DNA of 32,000 bases from Candidatus Scalindua sp. (GTDB taxonomy: Bacteria > Planctomycetota > Brocadiia > Brocadiales > Scalinduaceae): contig JALDRA010000001.1 of NCBI GenBank assembly GCA_031316235.1, positions 3,750,001-3,782,000 of the forward strand, in the 5' to 3' direction. The notes beneath the pieces were generated by a model. The model was not told where the DNA came from, ran no database searches, and saw nothing but the letters and a program-made list of their open reading frames with translations. This document shows positions 17,973 through 26,225 of this stretch, piece by piece (position 1 is the stretch's first letter; the number at the start of each line of letters is the position of its first letter). The position numbers and the translations under genes were made by a program.

Positions 17973-18111
17973 TATACTAAAACCGATTTGGTTTTCGGTT
18001 TTACCGGAAACCAAATCCTGGTGAAGGTATCCCCGGACAAAAAACGCCGAAGACTTTACTCGCTCAATTTAATCCCGGATTTTATCCGAAATACAGTATG
18101 AGATGAGAATG
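17973..18111 (+). mobile_element. MITE-A copy 7 (long variant, 139 bp)
   Basis: By manual alignment it differs from copy 6 at only about ten positions over 139 nt. It has the same orientation as copy 6. Confidence 0.85.
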
Positions 18112-18506
18112 TCTCTTCGGCAATGAGAGCGTATGGTCGATAGATGTACATCGAAAGGCTGGATAATTTCCAGTTATACCTTCAGAAGAATGTTCGAAGA
18201 TTGAAGGTGTTTCAATTTGCTGGTGCAATGGAATTAATTGTGCTCTGAGTCTTTGTAGAATTGCGATATGCATTCAAAATAGATGATAATAATAAAAAGT
18301 GCTGTAATTTTCGATTAAGGTTTCGATAATTATTGTGCCTTAGAAAACATTTGCATTATCCGCTTTAAGGGTTTTCATGGTGTAGTTGAGATGGCGGAGC
18401 TATGTGCGAATAACATATGTAACATGAGAATAGTTTATATCATACGGCCTTATATTTTAGAATTTACCATGGAAGAACAGTTTATCATTCTGACTTATTG
18501 TAATTC

Positions 18507-20597
18507 ATGAATATAGTTAAAAATCAACATATCGAGATATTGAAAGGTTTTTTGATTAAGAACAGGCGTATAGTGGTGACAGCCATTCATATCCTTCAGG
18601 TAGTGGTGGCGAATTATCTTGCCTTTCTCCTGAGATTTGAGACACCATTTTCGACTGTGTATGCAGACCAGCTGTTCCCTTCACTTCCTGTCCTGTTGAC
18701 AATCCGCCTTGCCCTTTACCTTCAGGCGGGCATGTATAAAGATCTCTGGCGTTATTCAAGTATCAGCGACATGATCAGTATTATAAGGACGGTTGCAATC
18801 GGAAGTGTCGTATTCTTTGTGATAAACAGGTATTTCCTGGGGAGTACCTACTATCCTCTCTCGGTGTACGTGCTTGAATGGATGCTGCTTCTGTTTATTT
18901 CCTGCGGGACCAGGCTTTTGATCAGGGTCTGTTTCAAGAAGTATCGAAGCTTTCAATCGTCAGCCAGAAAGATCCTGATTATTGGTACGACAGCTGGTGA
19001 AGCAATTGTACGGGATATGAAAAACAACCCGGGATCATCGTATAACCCGATCGGGTTCATGGACGAAGACCCGTATAAAAAAGGGCTTGAGATACACGGT
19101 GTTCCCATCTTCGGTCAAATAAGCGGCCTGGCTGGCGTGATAAAGAAGCAGAAGCCTGATGAGATACTGATTTCAATGGTTTCAACGGACAGTAAAACGA
19201 TTAAGAGTATCTATGACCAAAGTAAGCCCTTTAACATTCCTATCAAGAAACTGCCCGGGATAAATGATATCCTTGTGGGCAATATTTCCGTGGAAGCGAG
19301 ACTTGGTCAGCGTTTAATTGACGCCGGCATGGTGAAGGAAACCCAGATACAGGAGGCCCTTGCCTTACAGAAGAATGAGGGGGGGATGCTGGGTTCGATA
19401 CTGGTTCAAAGCGGGTATATCAAGGAGGAAGAGCTTTTTTCTTATCTTACCGAGCAGAGCGGTATTTCCCGTATGAAACCGATATCGCTTGAAGATCTGA
19501 TCCAGAGAGAGCAGGTGAGGTCTGACATACAATCAGTGCGGGAATTTATCCAGGGGAAAACGGTGATGGTAACGGGGGCAGGCGGTTCGATAGGGTCTGA
19601 GCTGTGCCGTCAGTTAATTAAGTACAACCCCGCTCACCTGGTGCTCTATGAGAGATATGAGAACAGTCTGTTTCATATAGATCATGAATTAAACCGTTTT
19701 GAAGAGAACAGGGCAAAGAAGAACTTTACGCCGGTGATAGGAGACATGCTGGATACCAGGAATCTGGAATATGTCTTTTCCACATACAGGCCTCAGATTA
19801 TTTTTCATGCGGCGGCACACAAACATGTTCCCCTGTTAGAGCAGAACCCGCTGGAGGCGGTCAAGAACAATGTCTTCGGTACAAAAAATGTGATAGAAGC
19901 GGCGGTGAAGTACAATGCGGAGAGTTTTGTGCTGATCTCATCAGACAAGGCGGTAAACCCGACAAGTACCATGGGGGCCACGAAACGCATAGCCGAGTTT
20001 TTAACGATAGCGATGAATGCCTTTTCAAGTACAAAATTTTCAACCGTACGGTTTGGAAATGTGCTGGGGAGTAATGGAAGTGTTATCAAGATCTTCGAGG
20101 AGCAGTTGAAGCGGGGAGGGCCATTAACGATTACGCATCCGGAGATAAAGAGGTTTTTCATGCTGATACCGGAGGCGATCCAGCTGGTTCTTATGGCGGC
20201 GGCGCTGAAGAAGGGTGGACAGATTCTGGTGCTTGATATGGGAGAGCAGATAAAGATCGTAGAGCTTGCGGAGAATCTGATAAGGCTTTCGGGGTTTGTT
20301 CCTCATAAGGAGATTAAGATGGAGTTTACGGGTCTTCGCCCTGGTGAGAAGTTGTATGAAGAGCTGTTTGACAAATCGGAAAAGGTTATCAGCACGATGC
20401 ATGAAAAGTTCTGGCTGACGATTCCTGAAACTCCTTCGATAGGGGAATTTAACAATCAGATTGCGGAACTTGAACGCATTGTTCGGGACAATGCAATAGA
20501 CGAAGTAGTCTCGGCAATTAAGGACATCGTGCCAAGTTTTAAATGTGATTACAACGCGAACTCTGATGAGATTGTCAAACAAGTGAAATCCGGGTAG
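18507..20597 (+). CDS. Membrane-anchored CapD/PglF/WbpM-type nucleotide-sugar 4,6-dehydratase (Polysacc_synt_2 SDR) with an inserted MshEN-like module
   Basis: It has four N-terminal hydrophobic helices, the Rossmann motif VMVTGAGGSIGSEL, the catalytic region ISSDKAVNPTSTMGATKRIAE, and VRFGNVLGSNGSV. Residues 265-317 form an extra segment described in the findings. Confidence 0.85.
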   Translation: MNIVKNQHIEILKGFLIKNRRIVVTAIHILQVVVANYLAFLLRFETPFSTVYADQLFPSLPVLLTIRLALYLQAGMYKDLWRYSSISDMISIIRTVAIGSVVFFVINRYFLGSTYYPLSVYVLEWMLLLFISCGTRLLIRVCFKKYRSFQSSARKILIIGTTAGEAIVRDMKNNPGSSYNPIGFMDEDPYKKGLEIHGVPIFGQISGLAGVIKKQKPDEILISMVSTDSKTIKSIYDQSKPFNIPIKKLPGINDILVGNISVEARLGQRLIDAGMVKETQIQEALALQKNEGGMLGSILVQSGYIKEEELFSYLTEQSGISRMKPISLEDLIQREQVRSDIQSVREFIQGKTVMVTGAGGSIGSELCRQLIKYNPAHLVLYERYENSLFHIDHELNRFEENRAKKNFTPVIGDMLDTRNLEYVFSTYRPQIIFHAAAHKHVPLLEQNPLEAVKNNVFGTKNVIEAAVKYNAESFVLISSDKAVNPTSTMGATKRIAEFLTIAMNAFSSTKFSTVRFGNVLGSNGSVIKIFEEQLKRGGPLTITHPEIKRFFMLIPEAIQLVLMAAALKKGGQILVLDMGEQIKIVELAENLIRLSGFVPHKEIKMEFTGLRPGEKLYEELFDKSEKVISTMHEKFWLTIPETPSIGEFNNQIAELERIVRDNAIDEVVSAIKDIVPSFKCDYNANSDEIVKQVKSG

Positions 20598-20737
20598 CTT
20601 CTGTTGAGTTTTTCAATTGATTGGTAGGACGAATTACTGGTATCCCGGTATGGACAGTACGTCACATTTGTCTGCAAAAGCATTTATTTTTTTACCGCTG
20701 TGTTCTAAACCTTATAACTTTTGAGTGGAGATTTTTT

Positions 20738-21511
20738 ATGAAAGCCGTTATCCTTGCAGGAGGTTTTGGTACCCGACTATCTGAAGAAACTGTCATACGT
20801 CCCAAACCAATGGTAGAAATCGGTGATAAACCCATCCTGTGGCATATAATGAAAATGTATTCTGCCTATGATATAAATGACTTCATTATCTGCCTTGGTT
20901 ATAAAGGTTACTTCATTAAAGAATATTTTGCCACGTATTCCATACACATGTCAGATGTTACATTCGACTTGCGTAACAACAATGTTGAGATTCTCCAAAA
21001 CGGTACTGAGCCGTGGAAGATAACGCTGATTGATACCGGTGAAAACACCATGACAGGTGGCCGTCTTAAGAGAGTTAAAGATTACATAGGTAATGAAACA
21101 TTCTGTATGACTTATGGAGACGGTGTGTCAGATGTAAATATAAGAAAGTTAATTGACTTTCATTTCGAACAGAAAACACTTGCTACATTAACTGCAGTAC
21201 AACCACCAGGACGTTTCGGCGCCTTCAAATTAAGTAGTGATCAAAATAAAATCTACGCCTTTAAAGAAAAACCTCAAGGTGAAGGTGCCATGATCAACGG
21301 TGGTTTTTTTGTATTGGAGCCTGGTGTAATGGACTATATAACAGATGACTCGAATGTTTGGGAGCGGGAGCCTTTAGAAAAACTGGCTCATGACGGTATG
21401 TTGGCAGCATACCGGCACCATGGGTTTTGGGAACCTATGGATACTTTGAGGGATAAAATGTATTTAGAAAAGCTTTGGAACTCTAGTAAACCTCCGTGGA
21501 AGGTGTGGTGA
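20738..21511 (+). CDS. rfbF: Glucose-1-phosphate cytidylyltransferase
   Basis: [64 protein letters not shown] is the textbook RfbF/DdhA N-terminus. The ATG at 20738 is preceded by GAGTGGAG, and the upstream 39 codons of the ORF look non-coding. Confidence 0.85.
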   Translation: MKAVILAGGFGTRLSEETVIRPKPMVEIGDKPILWHIMKMYSAYDINDFIICLGYKGYFIKEYFATYSIHMSDVTFDLRNNNVEILQNGTEPWKITLIDTGENTMTGGRLKRVKDYIGNETFCMTYGDGVSDVNIRKLIDFHFEQKTLATLTAVQPPGRFGAFKLSSDQNKIYAFKEKPQGEGAMINGGFFVLEPGVMDYITDDSNVWEREPLEKLAHDGMLAAYRHHGFWEPMDTLRDKMYLEKLWNSSKPPWKVW

Positions 21512-21516
21512 AAATT

Positions 21517-22629
21517 ATGGTACTACGAGCAAAAACGACAAATTTGTTACAAACGAAAACCTTAACAGAAAAGCAAAGAAAAAACAGTGAACTGAATACA
21601 GGAGAATCAAAGGAGGGAAATACTGTCCTCCAGTCGTATCCAAGACGTGTTATCCTGGAATTGACAAATGCATGTAACCTCAAATGCTTGATGTGTGGCA
21701 GAGATGAATCAGAATTTAACAATAGATTTTTTGATTTATCGTATTTGAAGAAGCTAGATACTGTATTGGAACATGCTGAAGAAGTTACCTTATTTGGATG
21801 GGGGGAACCGACAATACACCCAAAATTCGTCGATCTTTTAAAGTACATGGACCGCTTTCCGGTAAGGAAATATTTTGTTACAAATGGAACTCGATTGAAA
21901 AAGTTAAAAAATGCTATTTTCGATTATAATGTTGATATTATAGCCATCAGCCTTGATGGTGCAAGTGCGTTAACAAATGACAGGATTCGTGTGGGAGCGA
22001 GTTATGAGGAGATAATTACTGGTCTGTCGAGTATTGTTGAAGAAAAAAATAGACGCAAGAGCAGTTTTCCTTACATGAATTTTGTATTTACCGTTATGCA
22101 GTCAAATATTCATGAGTTGCCGGAAATGATTAAACTTGCAGCACGAATAGGATTAGAGGAGGTCAAGGTAGTTTATCTTACTGTATTCAGTGAGAGTCTG
22201 TTGCATGAGTCTTTATGGGATTCCAGCTCTGAGGTAAAGGATGTTTTTGACGAAGCGGTTCGACTATCAGAAGAATTAGGGATTAAAATAAAACTACCGT
22301 ATCTGCAGGGTGAAGATGTCGCCGGTCAACAATATCACAAGGACTGTTTTGTAGGTTGGCGCGATTTTTTTCTTGGTTCAGATGGTTATGTGCGACCTTG
22401 TCAATCTACAGCCATGAAGTTATTCAGCGATAATAGATACAGCACCTTTGAAGAGATGTGGAATTCCGCTGAATATCAGGATTTTAGAGGTCGAGTAAAC
22501 GCACATGATTCAATGCCAGAGGAGTGCAAACGATGTTACCAGTCATCGCATGCCAACTGGAATAAAAAGGAGTCTTTTATTCAAACAGGTGAGGCTTTTG
22601 CCCCAGAATGGGAAAAAAAGAAGTCATAA
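21517..22629 (+). CDS. Radical SAM enzyme with a C-terminal twitch/SPASM-like Cys-rich auxiliary domain
   Basis: The CxxxCxxC motif is in ELTNACNLKCLMCGRD. The C-terminal CFVGWRDFFLGSDGYVRPC (C-X12-G-X4-C) plus CKRC give four auxiliary cysteines. The start could also be the GTG at 21496, which overlaps the rfbF end. Confidence 0.75.
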   Translation: MVLRAKTTNLLQTKTLTEKQRKNSELNTGESKEGNTVLQSYPRRVILELTNACNLKCLMCGRDESEFNNRFFDLSYLKKLDTVLEHAEEVTLFGWGEPTIHPKFVDLLKYMDRFPVRKYFVTNGTRLKKLKNAIFDYNVDIIAISLDGASALTNDRIRVGASYEEIITGLSSIVEEKNRRKSSFPYMNFVFTVMQSNIHELPEMIKLAARIGLEEVKVVYLTVFSESLLHESLWDSSSEVKDVFDEAVRLSEELGIKIKLPYLQGEDVAGQQYHKDCFVGWRDFFLGSDGYVRPCQSTAMKLFSDNRYSTFEEMWNSAEYQDFRGRVNAHDSMPEECKRCYQSSHANWNKKESFIQTGEAFAPEWEKKKS

Positions 22630-22662
22630 GCGCAAAGAATGGATTTAATAAGGGTATTGAAG

Positions 22663-22801
22663 TATATTCATCTTACAATGGTTTTCGGATAAAATCCGAG
22701 ATAAAATTGAGCGAGTAAAGCCCTCGGCGTTTTTTGTCCGGGGATACCTTCACCAGAATTTGGTTTCCGGTAAAACCGAAAACCAAATCGGTTTTAGTAT
22801 A
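22663..22801 (-). mobile_element. MITE-A copy 8 (long variant, 139 bp)
   Basis: It is the reverse complement of the copy 6/7 consensus, TATATTCATCTTACAATGGTTTTCGGATAAAATCCGAGATAAAATTGAGCGAGTAAAGCCCTCGGCGTTTTTTGTCCGGGGATACC...GGTTTTAGTATA. Confidence 0.85.
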
Positions 22802-23169
22802 AACAGTAGTTGGAATTGAAGGGATAGTAATAAAAGAGCAAATGACCCGGGTTCGTGCGTGGAAGGATCGATGTGTGTTGTTAATCGCAGAAGTAAAAGT
22901 GATTGAGCATACAAGTGGTTGAAGAATGAAAGAAATAAAAATGCATACGTGTTGAGAAATATAGCAAAAAGGTATCAACCTGGCTCAGAGAATCTTTCAA
23001 TTATCATCATCATTTTCAATAGAAGAAATCAATGTCTCATATCTCAAAGAAACGTGCAGTACTTTCTTATCCAGGCAATATAGCAGAGAGACTAGCACGA
23101 GCATCAGGAAAAGAGTGTAATCAATCTGTATTTTGATATCCATTTACCCTGTAACCTATTAACTAATAC

Positions 23170-23700
23170 ATGATTTTTACCGAGACAAAACTAAAAGGTG
23201 CATTCATCATAGAACCAGAAAAGTTGAAAGACGAACGTGGCTTTTTTGCGAGAATATGGTGTAAAAAAGAATTTGAAGCTCACGGTTTAAATACACGTCT
23301 TGTTCAGACCAATGTAGCTTTCAATAAAAAAAAAGGAGTGTTGCGTGGTATGCATTATCAGGTAACTCCCTATGAAGAAACCAAGTTGATACGATGTACT
23401 GAAGGTGCAATCTATGATGTGATTATTGATTTAAGGGAAAGTTCTCCTACCTATAAGCAATGGATAGGTGTTGAGTTAACACAGGATAACTACAAGATGC
23501 TTTATGTTCCAGAATGTTTTGCTCATGGTTATCAGACACTTCAAGATAACACGGAGGTGTCGTATCAGGTATCACAATTTTATGCTCCAAATTCAGAGCA
23601 GGGCATTCGCTGGAATGATCCATCCTTTACTATTCAATGGCCGGAGGCTAAAGAAAAGATAATTTCTGTAAAAGATCAAAGGTGGCCTGACTATCGTTGA
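23170..23700 (+). CDS. NDP-4-dehydro-6-deoxyhexose 3,5-epimerase (RmlC/RfbC cupin family)
   Basis: TKLKGAFIIEPEKLKDERGFF, LRGMHYQ, KLIRCTEGAIYDVIIDLR and YVPECFAHGYQTL are RmlC signature regions. The nucleotide specificity (dTDP vs CDP) cannot be told from sequence. Confidence 0.8.
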   Translation: MIFTETKLKGAFIIEPEKLKDERGFFARIWCKKEFEAHGLNTRLVQTNVAFNKKKGVLRGMHYQVTPYEETKLIRCTEGAIYDVIIDLRESSPTYKQWIGVELTQDNYKMLYVPECFAHGYQTLQDNTEVSYQVSQFYAPNSEQGIRWNDPSFTIQWPEAKEKIISVKDQRWPDYR

Positions 23701-23772
23701 TTACATGATTTCTTGGAATGAATAATTGAGAACAAGTAAATATCTATAAACCAACTCACTGGAGGACAGAAA

Positions 23773-25059
23773 ATGATTATTGTTGATACAGCACTTGCAA
23801 AAAGGCATGAAGAAGGCAACCCGGTCAGGGTTGCCTTGGTTGGTGCTGGTTTTATAGGACGGGGTGTTGCATTTCAGATTCAAAATTACGTTAAGGGGAT
23901 GAGACTGGTAGCTGTCTCTAACCGTACGCTCTCCAAGGCGGAGCAGGCATTGCGTGAAGCAGGGGTCAGTGAAATCAATACGGTTGAAACCGTTGCCCAA
24001 TTAGAAGAGTCCATAGCAAAGGGACGTAGTGCGATTACAGATGATGTTATGCTTCTCTGCAAGGCAGACGGTATAGATGTTATCATTGAAGCAACAAGTG
24101 ATATAGAATATACCGCTCATCTGGCGACAAATGCTATTAAATACAAAAAACACATTGTTATCATGAATGCTGATCTGGATGCTACAGTCGGACCGATTCT
24201 TAAGGTTCATGCAGACCGTGCAGGTGTTGTCATAAGTGCTACAGACGGCGACCAACCGGGAGCCATGATGAATCTGTACCGCTTCGTTAAGACAATTGGC
24301 TATAACCCTGTTTTGGTAGGGAATATGAAAGGTCTCCAGGATTTTTACCGAACTCCTGATACGCAAAGAGAATTTGCAGCAAAGCACGGTCTATCACCTA
24401 AGATGGCTACCTCTTTTGCAGATGGAACAAAGATATCCATGGAAAACACTTTAGTCGCTAATGCAACTGGTTTTGGAGTTGGCAGAAGAGGTATGTATGG
24501 TCCTAAGTGTGATCATGTCAATGAATCGAAGGACCTGTTTTCTTTAGATAAACTTCTTAACGGTGGAATAGTTGATTACGTTCTCGGTGCCGAACCTGGT
24601 CCTGGTGTATTCGTCTTGGGGTACAGCGACGACCCCCACAGAAAGCCTTACATGAGATATTATAAGTTGGGTGAGGGGCCATTATACGTTTTCTATACAC
24701 CGTATCACTTGGCATCCCTGGAGGTACCGATCACCGCTGCACGAGCTGTATTGTTTCAAGATGCGTCCGTAACTCCAATTGCCGGACCTGTATGCGATGT
24801 AATAACCGTTGCCAAGCGAGATCTTAAAGCGGGAGAGGTGCTGGATGGTATCGGGGGATTTAACTGCTATGGTATGATTGAAAATACGAAGACATGTCAG
24901 AACGATAATTTATTGCTCATGGGTCTGTCTGAAGGATGTCTCCTTAAGAATGATATACCAAAGGACCAGGCTATTACTAATGGAGATGTGGAAAAGCCTG
25001 AAAGCCGTTTGGTCGACAAATTGCGGGCTGAGCAGGATGCTCATTTTCGAGTTTCATAA
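23773..25059 (+). CDS. NAD(P)-dependent oxidoreductase with a C-terminal SAF domain (COG4091-like, 'predicted homoserine dehydrogenase' type)
   Basis: It has the Rossmann motif VALVGAGFIGRGVAF and a C-terminal SAF-like VITVAKRDLKAGEVLDGIGGFNCYG. GGAGGA lies 5 nt upstream of the ATG. Confidence 0.6.
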   Translation: MIIVDTALAKRHEEGNPVRVALVGAGFIGRGVAFQIQNYVKGMRLVAVSNRTLSKAEQALREAGVSEINTVETVAQLEESIAKGRSAITDDVMLLCKADGIDVIIEATSDIEYTAHLATNAIKYKKHIVIMNADLDATVGPILKVHADRAGVVISATDGDQPGAMMNLYRFVKTIGYNPVLVGNMKGLQDFYRTPDTQREFAAKHGLSPKMATSFADGTKISMENTLVANATGFGVGRRGMYGPKCDHVNESKDLFSLDKLLNGGIVDYVLGAEPGPGVFVLGYSDDPHRKPYMRYYKLGEGPLYVFYTPYHLASLEVPITAARAVLFQDASVTPIAGPVCDVITVAKRDLKAGEVLDGIGGFNCYGMIENTKTCQNDNLLLMGLSEGCLLKNDIPKDQAITNGDVEKPESRLVDKLRAEQDAHFRVS

Positions 25060-25183
25060 TGCAATACAAGAATGTGATTTTCAAGGAAATGAAAATTTTA
25101 TAAATCCTATTAAAAGGAATCCAGTTTACATAACATTAATTTTTGATGATAAACGTTTATCGATATTGAAAATGGAGGCAAAA

Positions 25184-25948
25184 ATGAACCCTGTGAACAA
25201 GGTGCTTTCTTTATTTGGTTTAAGATTATCAAGAGAGAATAAAACGATTAAACCAAGAAATAAGAAAGAAAAGGAATTTAGGGAAAAATATGAATATTAC
25301 TTTAAACAGGCCGAAAATAATAAAAGAGGATTTAAAGTACTCAAGGACTACAGATACCAGGCAGGTGAACATCCTTTCTTCCGCAGCGATCTTCAATGTG
25401 AATTTGTTGCATATCATCTCTATAATGAAAAACCGGTAAAAGTATTAGATATAGGATCATGGAGGCATTTCATCATAGGGATGTTGGCTCATTATGACGT
25501 GACTACGATAGATTTTCGAAACAGAAAATCTATCTTGAAAAATGAAACTATTTTGACATGCGATGCCAAGGAACTCAATATTCCTAGTAATTCATTTGAT
25601 TCGGTAATATCTTTAGGCTCTGTTTACGTTTTTGGATTAGGAAGATATGGAGACGAGTTTGATTTAGATGCAGACATTAAAGCCCTTAACCATATGATCA
25701 GGGTATTAAAACCTGGCGGTCTTTTAATCTTTTCAACATCGATAACAGCAGCGCAGCCTACTGTTTTATTTAATAGGACAAGGATTTATAATTATGAAAT
25801 GATTAGAGGTTTGTGTGATGGTTTGGATTGTGTGGAGGAAAAATTTTGTGGTATACGATCGAACAAAGCTTCTTTTCTTAAACTTGAAGAACTAACAACA
25901 AATCCTACCGCTTTTGATATATATATGGGATGTTGGAGAAAAAAATAA
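25184..25948 (+). CDS. Class I SAM-dependent methyltransferase
   Basis: VKVLDIGSWRH (motif I-like), NSFDSVISLGSV (motif II-like) and VLKPGGLLIFS. The ATG at 25184 follows GGAGG (25174..25178). The ATG at 25172 is an alternative, and the longer ORF from 24878 overlaps the previous gene. Confidence 0.6.
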   Translation: MNPVNKVLSLFGLRLSRENKTIKPRNKKEKEFREKYEYYFKQAENNKRGFKVLKDYRYQAGEHPFFRSDLQCEFVAYHLYNEKPVKVLDIGSWRHFIIGMLAHYDVTTIDFRNRKSILKNETILTCDAKELNIPSNSFDSVISLGSVYVFGLGRYGDEFDLDADIKALNHMIRVLKPGGLLIFSTSITAAQPTVLFNRTRIYNYEMIRGLCDGLDCVEEKFCGIRSNKASFLKLEELTTNPTAFDIYMGCWRKK

Positions 25949-26225
25949 AATATACTAAAGCGGTATTTGTGATCATTGATACATTAATTATCTCAACAGA
26001 TCCGGTGGGTTTTATTCAAAAGGTGCAGAGTTAACATTCTTGAAACGATTAGGTGTCTTTGATAGAATCCGGGTATCTTCTATGTTAAATCTGCCAGTCA
26101 CCGGTTACGAAGAATCCGTTTACTGATTGTTTTTTTATTGTATATTACGTGAAATTTGTGTGTTCAATAGTGCGATTTATTAATATGCTGTTTGGTTCTG
26201 GCCTGTAAAGATTAGGGGGAAATAT

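Noticed and set aside
17092-18273. ORFs 17092..17283(-), 17480..17689(+) and 18082..18273(-) in the ORF-poor gap
   Set aside because: They have no ribosome-binding sites, and their composition is odd (Cys/Ile/Leu/Phe-rich). ORF 17480..17689 reads straight through a terminator-like hairpin. Small-protein genes cannot be excluded without expression data.
18393-18406. GGCGGAGCTATGTG upstream of the dehydratase gene, resembling the ops/JUMPStart element (GGCGGTAG)
   Set aside because: It mismatches the 8-nt ops core. RfaH-type antitermination is a proteobacterial feature, and there is no supporting context.
1399-22801. The possibility that the repeated ~140-bp units form a CRISPR array or another tandem array
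   Set aside because: The copies are kilobases apart, occur in both orientations, are far longer than CRISPR repeats and have no regular spacers. No cas genes are present.
22997-23143. A 48-codon minus-strand ORF (MDIKIQIDYTLFLMLVLVSLLYCLDKK...) between MITE-A copy 8 and the epimerase gene
   Set aside because: It has one hydrophobic helix but no RBS and no recognisable family, and it runs opposite to the whole locus. The evidence is insufficient.
24878-25183. N-terminal extensions of ORFs 24878..25948, 20621..21511, 6511..8172 and 2832..3923
   Set aside because: The extensions overlap upstream genes or lack homology-like sequence. Internal ATGs with good Shine-Dalgarno-like sequences, together with the expected family N-termini (signal peptide, [16 protein letters not shown]), give better gene models.
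25951-26130. A possible glycosyltransferase N-terminal remnant (AVFVIIDTLIISTDPVGFIQK...) and a TATACTAAA match to the MITE-A terminus just after the methyltransferase gene
   Set aside because: The reading frames are broken by stops after about 25 codons. The similarity to GT4 N-termini is only a vague pattern, and the 9-nt MITE match could be chance. Not supportable without a database search.
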